Made by a program: the position numbers and the translations under genes
Shown: positions 50,769-62,300 of the stretch, piece after piece
Layout of the letters: each line of letters starts with the position of its first letter
Position numbering within the stretch: the stretch's first letter is position 1
Origin: Antedon mediterranea
Taxonomy: Eukaryota; Animalia; Echinodermata
Assembly: GCF_964355755.1 (NCBI RefSeq)
Contig: NC_092676.1
Span: forward strand, 19,734,871-19,798,870
Direction: 5' to 3'
Length of the DNA stretch: 64,000 nt
The notes under the pieces: generated by a model
The model's database searches: none
Seen by the model: the letters and a program-made list of their open reading frames with translations, nothing else
What the model was told of the DNA's origin: nothing

Positions 50769-51736
50769 CACCACAGTCAACTATGACTATTGAGGGGACA
50801 CTTTGTTGGATGCACCACAGTCAACTATGACTATTGAGGGGACACTTTGTTGGATGTACCACAGTCAACTATGGCTATTGAGGGGACACTTTGTTGGATG
50901 CACCACAGTCAACTATGACTATTGAGGGGACACTTTGTTGGATGTACCACAGTCAACTATGACTATTGAGGGGACACTTTGTTTTAACACCACAGTCAAC
51001 TATGACTATTGAGGAGACACTTTGTTGGATGCATCACAGTCAACTATGACTATTGAGGGGACACTTTGTTGGATGCACCACAGTCAACTATGACTATTGA
51101 GGGGACACTTTGTTGGATGCACCACAGTCAACTATGACTATTGAGGAGACACTTTGTTGGATGCACCACAGTCAACTATGACTATTGAGGGGACACTTTG
51201 TTTTAACACCACAGTCAACTATGACTATTGAGGGGACACTTTGTTGGATGCACCACAGTCAACTATGACTATTGAGGGGACACTTTGTTGGATGCACCAC
51301 AGTCAACTATGACTATTGAGGAGACACTTTGTTGGATGCACCACAGTCAACTATGACTATTGAGGGGACACTTTGTTGGATGCACCACAGTCAACTATGA
51401 CTATTGAGGAGACACTTTGTTGGATGCACCACAGTCAACTATGACTATTGAGGGGACACTTTGTTGGATGCACCACAGTCAACTATGACTATTGAGGAGA
51501 CACTTTGTTGGATGCACCACAGTCAACTATGACTATTGAGGGGACACTTTGTTTTAACACCACAGTCAACTATGACTATTGAGGGGACACTTTGTTGGAT
51601 GCACCACAGTCAACTATGACTATTGAGGGGACACTTTGTTGGATGCACCACAGTCAACTACTATGACTATTGAGGGGACACTTTGTTGGATGCACCACAG
51701 TCAACTATGACTATTGAGGGGACACTTTGTTGGATG
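50769..51736. repeat. Minisatellite, 22 units of 43-47 bp (mostly 44)
   Basis: caccacagtcaactatgactattgaggggacactttgttggatg repeated head-to-tail without spacers. Confidence 0.97.
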
Positions 51737-51759
51737 CTGAAGGGGTCTAGGGGTGCTAC

Positions 51760-51858
51760 TAGCGAGCTTTCGTTGTAGTACGGAAGTAGTTCAGTACGGT
51801 CACGGTTGGTTAAACCGGCCGTACTGCACGTTTACCGTCCCGTTACGAAAGCTCGCTA
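51760..51858. mobile_element. Small hairpin/MITE remnant
   Basis: tagcgagctttcgt ... acgaaagctcgcta inverted ends. Confidence 0.55.
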
Positions 51859-54635
51859 ATATAGGTATTGGTGTGGTACGTAGATAATGATTAATAATAT
51901 AACAACAATCAAACTTTTCCATTTTGCCAATTCCAAGAAAAACACCCATGTATAGTATCCTGAATTTTGGTGAAAAAGTTTTTAAATTAATTTTAAAAGA
52001 ATCGAGAGTCGAATAAAGATGATGTAATGAATTAGAAAAGATTTTTCATAGGACAAAAGTAGAAAGGTTGGATATATCGTCGAACAAAATTTGGTGATAA
52101 ATATGGACCGAAAAATATACAGTACATATATAATAGAATACATACATTATTTCACCACTTTCTTTGTCCCTTTGTCTTATCATAGCCATCAATGTTATTT
52201 TTTATTACATTATGTGAGTACATTAAAGATTTTACAAACAGACAGTGACCATCTGTCTACATTTATCATTAATGTTGCTAATACATATTACAGTATGCGC
52301 TATTAAAAACTACAGTGTAAAAGTTAAACTTTTTTCCTAGATGCTTTCTATTACGGTAATATATTCCTGCTTTGGTAACAACATCATAAAATAACACAGA
52401 TAGTGAGCATGGGTTGTTGACACCACTTAACAAAGCAGGTAGCTAGATTCCCAGGCACCCATGTTTTCTACCAAGCAAGCAATAAATCTTTTGTTATTGG
52501 CCTGTCACCTGGGTCACTGGCATATTATTTGCAACCTTTGCCAAACGTGATGTATCAACTTTCTTTATTTACATCAGCTTCTACTTCTTATATTATCCAA
52601 CATTTCTATTTTTACCTTATCGTAACCGGAGGATTGCAATATTTTCCCCATTATATATTATTTGTAAGTTTATCACCCTTTGACCTAACAGCATTAACAT
52701 GGTGATATAGCTTTAGGTGACAAATAAATCAATCATTATCTTTACCAAACTTTTGTCAGTACTGTAGTATGATTAAAAACGTTCATGTTGTTCATGGTGT
52801 TGAATATCCATGAGTTTAGTAAATTTTTTTGCAAAAACCAAAATTTTGCGAAACTAACTTGCTTGACATATTCGTCATTTCTTCTGAAGAAGCTGTCGGA
52901 GCAGGACAGCGAATTTGTAAAGTAGGTAATTTTTGGATTTTGCAAAAAGTACGAACTCACACAGTACTGATAGTATGTTTTTGGTGTTTTTATTAAACAT
53001 CAGACTTTTATTTTCACCAATAACCAACAATTTAATATTTTTAGAGTAGTCAGATACATCAGGTGGAACAAACAAACTACTGTACTGGTTTTATAGCAGA
53101 ATGTAACCAAATTTGACTGTTTTAAGAGAAATTCATGTTTTTTGTTGTAGTTTCTGTACATTTAACCAAATATTATATCTGAAATTCATATTTAACATTG
53201 TATTGATTTATTAGAAAATGTCACTGTACATAAAAATAATGATCCCACATGGGGTTCATTTTAATTCAGCAAAATTAGTAATGGTGTAGCCTATGTTTTT
53301 AAATGAAAGATATTACTGTACACTATAATGGTACCATAGTCAACTTTTTAAAATACCACAAAGATAGAGGGCAGTATCCTGTTTTTTGTATGCATTTTTT
53401 GCTTTGTTTCTTTCCTTTATTTTTTTGTAGTTTTAGTTCAAAATATATGATTTTTTCATGGGCCATAGTATTATGAATGAGGAATAAATAGATTTAAGAT
53501 GTTTAAATGTGATTTGATTTTTGTGTTCTTAATCATTACTACTGTGTGTATATATTTATTATTTCAGTCCTGTTTTTGAAATTTCCCCCAAGAATTATAA
53601 AAATTGACCAATGAATCAATAACAAAATATAACTATGTATTCAACGCACATTTCAACATACCAAAAACATAATGTGCAAATGTTTTAGTTGCATTGCCAG
53701 TCAAATTTCTGAAAATAAATTCATAACTGTACTTGATATTAAGAATTACTGATTCTTTGTTGATACACATTTTAGTTTTAATCTAAAACAAGTATTTAAG
53801 AAATAAATAGGAAGCTCTACACCTAAGTCTACAATCTGGTGTCCTAATTTTAAACCTGACTCTCTTTAAACACTTGGGATACTAGTTGGTAAAAACTGTA
53901 ACGAATTCAAACCTCAAACAACATCTCTTCAATGTTCATAATTAAAACCTGAATTGAATTCTTAAATTAAATTACCATACCATATGGTGAAAAGAACAAA
54001 TTGATTTGACTACTTATGGACAGCATCATCAATAATGTGTCTGACCATTAGCTCTGCCTATGGGTAAAATTAAGAAAAAATTGGATTGAGCTGTTGACAG
54101 GCAGAACAAATGAAAAAAAAGAAAACACATTTTTCCAGGCTCAGCACAAAATACAGGCTACATACAGTACAATGTAAACTACTGTATTAGGATATTATGA
54201 GGAATAAACTTCTAGGGTCAGATTTAATTTCTTTATTTATTTAACTACTAACACACTGGCATTACCTCACTTAAGCTCTGTCTACACTATCAAACTTTTA
54301 CGTGACAAAAAATGTGATGTGCCCATATTGTATATGGACACGATGATGTCATATCACTACCATATTAGGGCAAATCAAACTTTTTTTTGTCAAATAATTT
54401 GATAGTGTAGACAGGGCTTTAGAAGAAATCTCTATTTAAGTCAAACTACACATGTGACTTTAAATATGTGTCATACAGGCTACAAAAAAGTCTGACCAAA
54501 TTTATTCAATGCATATTCTGGATCATCTTTTGAAGAATGTAATAATGTACTGTATTTGTCTACACTATCAAACTAGTTTGACAAAAATAGTGTTATGTGC
54601 CCAAATATGGTAGTGATATGCTTAAATATGCAATA

Positions 54636-55235
54636 GGGTTGGTGAACATCAGTCCAAAATACGCAGAATTTTTTCCAAAATACGTCAAGTTGAGGGCGCT
54701 ATACTAATCCAAAATACGCGAGTCTTTCCAAAATACGTCAAGTTGAGGGCGCTTTTCATTTTCCAAAATACGCGAATTGTCCAAAATACGTCAACTTGAG
54801 GGCGCTATTCATTTTTAAAGACAAGGTAGCTAAAGCAAAAACATCCTCAAGTAGTATTATCTAGGTAAAAAGAATGTTTAGACATTGTGTCGGGCCAATT
54901 TAGAGCGTTTACTTTTCATAAAAATTTAAGATAATTATTATAGTTCTATTTGAGTATCATAATAATGTTACATTTTAGCATCACAGGCATAGAATAACTC
55001 AAAACCGCCCGGTGATATACTGAAATTTAATTAATTAATCTGAAACGATAACGATGAGGAAATCTGTGAGAATGAGAAAAAGTCATTAGACCACTGGGGC
55101 TTTCATTGGATTAGTTCAAACCCGATTGGATAGCGACTCTTTATATTATCGGCGTTGTACGGCGGAAAAGCACTAGTCCCTTAATTGTACGCACGCGCAC
55201 CAGGATCAAATTGATACGCCCTCATCTTATATATA

Positions 55236-55282
<47 letters not shown>

Positions 55283-56468
55283 TTCGAAAAATAACTCCAA
55301 ACTAGTCACCTCATTTTTCCCCTTCTCGTATTAATCATTTCATTTCAGGTATTTTTTAACAATAAAACACCCTAAAGTAAATGTAATCATATGTATATAA
55401 TATACATATATATATATATATATATTTTGCCGTTTTTGCGTAAAAAACAATTACTTACTACTTATATAACCAAATATTAATATTATTTGAAAAGTTTTAA
55501 CAATAATGGTTTTTAATTATTACTTACTTTTCATAAGGATTGAAGATGATATTATAGTTCAGTTTGAGGATCATAACAATGTTATATTTAGATCTCTCTC
55601 ACTCAACCGAACCATTTTGAACTTTAACTAACTGTTTTAACTATGGGTATTTTGCCGACGTTTTCGTGTAAAAAATAATTACTTTACTTTTTCCAACCAA
55701 TTATTGATATTATTTTAATTACAATACCATATGCTTTTTAATTATATAAAATATGAAATAACTATTATGTTAAGTTTTCAGATTAGGTAACTTGTATTAG
55801 ACCATAAGTACATTAAATTGAAAGCGATGTTGGTCTGTCGAGCTCGAGAAAAATATCAATTTTGTAGATCACCAAATATATAACACATACCTATGACTAT
55901 ACTTGTACATGCTGTTTTTGTAGCCGGTTTATGCCTCATTTAAACAAGCTACGTCTGGCAATGAAATCGTACATCGTTCAGACATTATTAATGTATATTA
56001 TAGGCACTGTCTATTGACTGATGTTAGCACATATTTGTTTTTATTCAGTAATAAATAATAATTGGCTACTCTATGGCATTTTATTTACAAAAAAATCTGC
56101 CTTCCAATAATTTCATTTATAACTCAAATGTCCTTGTTTTTTTTAGTCTAAGAAATTTTTTTTTAATACATTAAACTCTCAATATGATATGGTATTTTGG
56201 AAGAAAGTTTGCCGCCCTCAAGTTGACGTATTTTGGAAAATTACTAGCAGTCTCAAATTGACGTATTTTGGACAAATCGCGTATTTTGGAAAATGAATAG
56301 CGCCCTCAGTTTGACGTATTTTGGACAATCACGTATTTTGGAAAATGAAAAGCGCCCTCAAGTCGACGTATTTTGGAAAGACTCGCGTATTTTGGATTAG
56401 TATAGCGCCCTCAACTTGACGTATTTTGGAAAAAATTCTGCGTATTTTGGACTGATGTTCACCAACCC
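54636..56468. mobile_element. 1.8-kb non-autonomous TIR element inserted into a Harbinger MITE
   Basis: Near-perfect TIR gggttggtgaacatcagtccaaaatacgcagaa plus ccaaaatacgtcaagttgagggcgc subrepeats; (TA)n inside; no ORF; no clear TSD. Confidence 0.88.
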
Positions 56469-57017
56469 GACTCTAAATATGGGATATCATCATGTTCATA
56501 TATGGGCACATCACATTTTTTGTCAAAGTTTGATAGTGTGATAGCTTTACAATTGAATCAAACATTTATACTATTTGAAAGAACAGACTGGCCTTCTAAT
56601 ATCTATATTGAGTGACTTCAGGACTCGCGACAAATATGTCCTTAAGCGTTTCCTAATCAATAACTTAAACAAGGTAATGACATCACCCAGATATTCATAA
56701 TCAGATTTGCAGGTGTTTAGACTGAATACACTCTACAGTATTATATTTAATTATGAAAAATAACACCACTTATATCTGGCATCGCCATCAGATATTGAAT
56801 ATTTCATTCAAGTTCACAATATTCAAGGTTGAAATTGCAACTGGTACATTTTCTACAGTACAGTAGATTGAGAAGAGGTTTTTAGTCATTTTACAACACG
56901 CATTTCTCTTGGCTTTTTTTTTGCTAAACAGTATGTTTTAGCATTACTGTACATAGACATAGTATGGTAGATTGAGACATGTTGAGAGTTCCATGCATTT
57001 GCTTATTATCATATCTC

Positions 57018-57280
57018 TATACTGAGTAGTCTCTTCAGTCAGAGGGCCCAGTTTTGATCAGTGGCTGTGTGTGTACTACTAGTAAATCCTCTACTCGTCT
57101 CAAAAGATATACTAGGTTTTATAACGTGCACATGAGCTAGATTTCTACACTGACAATACGGTTTATAGTCCTTATCCGAGAGGACTCGTTCTACCACCAG
57201 AACCATGGAGTGAGTGAGTCTCGAACCTTTGCCGATGTTATGGCTACATAACTACGGTTCCACTGTCTTAACCGCTCGGT
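57018..57280 (-). mobile_element. Second copy of the Deu/Nin-like tRNA SINE
   Basis: Collinear with 34492-34783 (ttatagtccttatccgag...accagaaccatggagtgagtgag...ttaaccgctcgg). Confidence 0.85.
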
Positions 57281-57691
57281 CTGTATGTTACTATTTAAGA
57301 TTTTATTGATTTTGGTGTTTAATACACCAAACTGCTTCGAGGAGTATTGTTTGCAAATGACTTCTGAAACTTTTTCTGAATTTTGCAAAGGCAATTCTTA
57401 AGTACTTAAACATCTACAGTAAGAATAGTAGGAAACTTTTTTTTTCAAACATTTAAGAGTAACTGATTTAACTAACTGATAAGTGCTGGACACTGTCAAC
57501 AGCTGAATTTTTCGTTATGGTTACCATAATGATAGATAAATATTACTGATATATTGGACACGAATGAAAAGCAAAAGAAGCAAAGGATGATAGTGGAAAC
57601 GATGGAGGGAGGAATTCTGACAAAAAAAACAAAACAAAAATATCCGATTATGATTAATTAATAATAATAATAATTAATTTAATTCACTTAC

Positions 57692-60600
57692 CTTGCTCTC
57701 ATCTTCTGTTAAATTTCCCTCAACGCATACAATCTGATACTGTTTAGACTTCAGGTTTGTAAGAGTCTGGCGTAAAGGCTTGAGTGCATATCCTGTCAGG
57801 TTTGGTGCCTTTAACAATCCAAGTTGCTTTTGAGTTAAACTTGGATCAAACAGTAGAAGACGTATGCTTTTATCTTTTAATTGCTCGTAACCAATGATAG
57901 TTCGACTGTGTCCTGCACACAAATAATAATAAATTATATTATTAATATAATAATATAAATAATATTATAAATTTATAAAGGAAAAAAATGTTTTGTTTTA
58001 AGCAAAAGAAACGTTTTAATTTTTTTTGTGTTTTTTGTTATTGTATTTTTGAAGAGGATTTCATAATTATAATAATCTATGTTGTGTAAACATACAAATA
58101 ATAAATGTTTATGAGTTGAATGGGAGCCAAGTTAAATAGATCTAAATCTTGAAAACTTTCTCTCCATTTATGAATACAAAACATTTGTTTTACAATTCAA
58201 TTCAATACAATTCAATGTCAAGGCTAGACTTTAGGGCCAAGGGTGTCCAGACATATCAGACCAATCCAAGGATGTCCAGACTTCGCATTCCAACTGACAC
58301 TCACCTTCATGTTGTAAATACAGAGGGAGCTTGTTACTGCAAATAGCCATTTTATTGAACAAACTTCCCAATGCTAGTGATGAACCAAAGTACTGCTTAA
58401 TCCAATCAAAAAGCTGTGGGTGCGTTCTGTTTGGTCCGGCAGGTTTATGGAAGTCAATTAATTTACATCTGAAAAGATACAACAGAAAATCTATTGAAAT
58501 AAAATAACACTGATAACTGATTGATGACTGACATGCATTAAACTCCTATTCAGAGGACACTTTCAGTATATGGACACTCCCCTGTAAAATGAAAAAGTGG
58601 AAATGTGTTTTATACAACAAAGCTCTATTCAGGAAACACGCAATTAGGGGGAATTTTTGCTGGGTCCTGAAGGTGTCCCTTAATTGGGGTTACTTCTACT
58701 AAATAAGCATTGTAAAAATTCTTTGATGTTAAATACACATATTAATGGGACATCTTTAGGGGTGTTGTCTGAATGGGGATTGGCTGTAGGGATAAAATAA
58801 TTTCCCCTTGTTTGTTCCATAGGAAAGTGTCCTCATAATGCATTTTTCTCACCTGCTCCTGTCCGCTTCCATCAAATAAAATCGCCATTCTATTTACTCG
58901 ATAAGTGCATAGCCAAGTGATGTGTCGTTAAAACGAAAAGGGACGGGAACCTGAGCTGGAGCGGGATCGAAGCAGTAAGTACAGTAAGTGTTTAAAAAAA
59001 TACTTTACCTTACTTTAAGAGATGTGAACAAGGCTACTACCTCAGTAGCCCCAATCCATTTCCTTGTGTTGCACAGCTTTCCACCGAGTTGCTCCTTTCC
59101 TTGTGGGTCGTAGCCCTCACTCCATGCTTTTTCAATCAGGTGTTGGATTTTAGATATTGATGGCATATTTGTAGAATCTATTACAAGGATACAAAATATT
59201 TTATTGAAACTTGCGGGAAGTATAATTCCTTGCTCTTTATCTATACCAAAATATGAAAGAAATTGTCCATTAGATTTTGGCCCCTATCAGAACTCTTGTT
59301 ATCAATTACTAATTACAAAATAGCATTAACTAAAAAGGGTTCTGCTGTGTTAAGTTAAATGTTGGACAGAGGTAAAATCTTTTTGAGAGTGCTGTCTTGT
59401 CAAACATACCATTAAAGACGGATTTCTTAAACCTGGGATCATTGCACATAGCTGTCATCAAAATCTGGATGTTCTTATACCCACATCCCCATCCTTTATC
59501 ACCAGGTGAGGAACCATAGTGACTAGTTTGATCGGCACATAGACGGACACTTGGTACTCCATCAACACCTTTGCAATAGTACTGATACAACTTTACCACA
59601 AGGCCTAAAATTGTCATAAAAAAATAATTTGATAAGCAAGCAAAAGAATATGCATTTTTCTAGATACAAGACTTTATCCTTAATACATATATTTAATATG
59701 TATGTTTATACTCTATACTCAGTATTATGAGGAAATTGTTTGTCTTTGAAATTTACAAAATCATATCAAATCATTGTCACCCTTTCTGCTGTCATATGTG
59801 TACAACCTGCTGTGTGTGCGGCCTACAGTAATTGATAGCATAGGCTTGCATTAGCAAACTAATTAATATTACTGAGGTAGTAGCCTTATCATAAAAAATA
59901 CTTAAAATGTGGGTTTTACCACTTAGGTGTATGCATATAAATTTCAGGAAATGGTTCCTGATATGTTAATAGACTGCCGTGTTACAATTTTTCTTTGGTT
60001 AAGTAAATTTAGATTTACCTCTGGTTCTTGCTCGGCCATCATCTATGCCACAACTCATTGAGATGTTGACAGAGTGTATCTGATTGTAGTAATCCGACAC
60101 TGTCATCTCTCCTTTGTACAGAGCCCTTTCATATGCTTGCTTTGCTTGTTTCCTATAACTTCCTTGATCATTCATTCCATACTTCTTCTGTAAAAGTACA
60201 AAATAAATAAAATGATAGTGGCACCTTCATATTGAAGTGAATATATTAGGGAGCTTTTGATTTGTGATGACCTACTGTACGCACGTTGTGACATTAGGTT
60301 TTTATTATATATAATCGCAAGGTAATTTCCAGAATGATCGTAATCAAAAAGGTGCTAGGTTTGATCTACTAGGATTCCTGCTCCCATACATTTGTGTTGA
60401 TGAATGGAGGGAGAAAGTGCATTCTAACATTTGCTATAGTAGCTTTGCAATTTGTAATTAGGAAGAAAATTATACTTCTGTAGAAAATGATTAGTTTAGT
60501 TCTTAGCTTTAGTACCTGTAGTTCTTGAAAGTGTGCTTCTTCCTCCCTCTGTGCTTTTCTTCTCTCATCATTTTCAATTTTTCGCGCTATTAATTCATCT

Positions 60601-61670
60601 GACTTTATCACTTCGTCGGCCAATGATAGCTGTCTGGCAACAGCCTCATCATCATTAGTATCGATAGCAAAATGCTCGTCTACGTGATAGGCTAATGCGT
60701 CAACATCTGTTGTACGATATTCACAAATAGGGCAATGTTGGAGTTCGTGAACCGACTTGGATTTGCTACCTTCGTTCTCCAGAGAGTGATATCCGGATAA
60801 TTTACTTGCATTTGAATGTCTACTACTTTCTAATGATAAGTTTTGCATTGACATGCTATTGCAGTCCTCACGGTTTGTGTTTTCGCTTTTAAAAGGAGAT
60901 TGTATTACATTTTTTATTGCACTAAAGATGGAGTTAAAAGAAGTATTGCTTTGATTGGAAGAAGATTCCTGATCAGAGGTAGAACCACAAGATTGCCTTG
61001 CTCTTTTCTTCAAAGGTGACTGTATACTTGAAATTGATGACCTATCGTCTCCTATTCCACTTTCTCCAGAATTTCCTTGGATGCTGATTATTGAAAACGA
61101 AGATGAGGAAGACCTTGTTGATCCACCTTCTAAGTGATTGTAACTGGAAGACGGTTTTTGTGGAATGTAATCTTTTACTTTATTATTTGCTGCAAGGTTT
61201 TCTGTCGCGTCGTCGGTAGAAACTGTTGTTTTTCTAGAATTTTTTATTTTTCTTCCTGTGGCGTCTTTAGTTCGTATTTCGTTGTTCACAGTCGTACGGC
61301 CATTGACAATTTTACGCTTTACTTCATGCTCTTTCGATAACTCTAAAAGAGTTTTGCCCTTTGAATCGAAATGATCCTGACTGACCCCAGCATGAACTGA
61401 ACCTGTTTGTTTGACCGGTGATGTATTGCCCCTTAGAACTTGACCGTTCGTTCTGGATGAATGTCCAGACCCACTAGGACTAAAGATATCCACATGAGCA
61501 GTATTGATGTGGAATTCTAACTCATTGGCAGAGATTCCAGCTAAATCACACATTGGGCACTGTATATGGTCATGTACAGTCAGCATGTGGGTGCTCATAC
61601 TGTCTGCACTCAAATTTTCCTGTCCACATATTATACAGGTAAACAAAGGTGAGCCATACGTAGCAGACAT
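57692..61670 (-). CDS. ZUP1: Zinc finger-containing ubiquitin peptidase 1 (ZUFSP), main coding exons
   Basis: Exons 61670-60516, 60187-60019, 59604-59410, 59177-59009, 58468-58305, 57912-57692 with consistent phases. C2H2/UBZ fingers, MIU-like helix, and peptidase C78 motifs GDKGWGCGY (Cys), GYDPQG, KWIGATEV, PLYLQHEGHSRTIIG (His), LLFDP (Asp), KQYQI. Confidence 0.96.
58540..58835. mobile_element. Degenerate Tc1/mariner-type MITE remnants
   Basis: Repeated ctattcagaggacac / gtgtccctt motifs; related to the hairpin at about 29224-29281. Confidence 0.5.
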
Positions 61671-61949
61671 CGATGTTGTTATTCTGAAATATTACTTTCC
61701 ACATAATTGAATGACATTATTCAGCTAGAGTATTGATATTTTGCTTTTGCTGGTACTCTGATCTGGAAAAGAAAAAAATAGAAAAATATATTATAAAATA
61801 TAAACAGGGGATACAAACAGTGTATGCTGTGTATATAGCATCATCTAAACAGCTTTCAGTTTCTTGTTGGCCTTTATTTATCTTCTCCCATTTTGGAATT
61901 TTCCTTATTTAATAATACAATACTTAATTAATTTGTAAACGTACTGTAG

Positions 61950-62300
61950 TAGTCTAGGGTCTAGGCCTAGATAGACTAGAGTCTAGACACCACACCTATC
62001 CCACTTGACACTCCCTTTATTACATCCTGTAAGTGTTGGCCTCTATTCCTGCCCTACTAGTCTCTGACTAGGGCCTAGGCCTAGCTAACTAAGGCAGCCT
62101 AGCCTAGCCTAGCCTAACTTAACTAAACCTAGGCCTGGACCCTAGGCCTATTTATAATTAATAGTACAGGCGCGCTAGGTAGTAGTAGGCCTCTAGCTAC
62201 CAGGCCTAGCCTAGCTAGGCCTCTAGAGTCTAGGCCTAGGCTATTATTAGTTATAGGCCTAGCCTAGCTACTACTTTTTTAGTGTAGTTAATAATAGCCT
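61950..62300. repeat. TAGGCCTA/CTAG-rich low-complexity tract in the probable ZUP1 first intron
   Basis: Dense irregular taggcctag/ctagc words; acceptor at 61763 and candidate donors near 62302 and 62331. Confidence 0.7.

Larger units (their letters stand above)
24658..57691 (-). other. ZUP1: 33,034-bp last intron of ZUP1
   Basis: Donor AAG|GTAAGT at 57691 and acceptor TTTCAG at 24658, joining ...LTEDESK to SMKIIKSERIP*. Confidence 0.8.

Noticed and set aside
50769-51736. CRISPR array
   Set aside because: Pure head-to-tail repeat with no unique spacers.
57520-57616. Nearest acceptor (57617) as the ZUP1 last exon
   Set aside because: The phase-0 translation (NSSLHRFHYH...) has no resemblance to the ZUP1 C-terminus, unlike 24622-24657.
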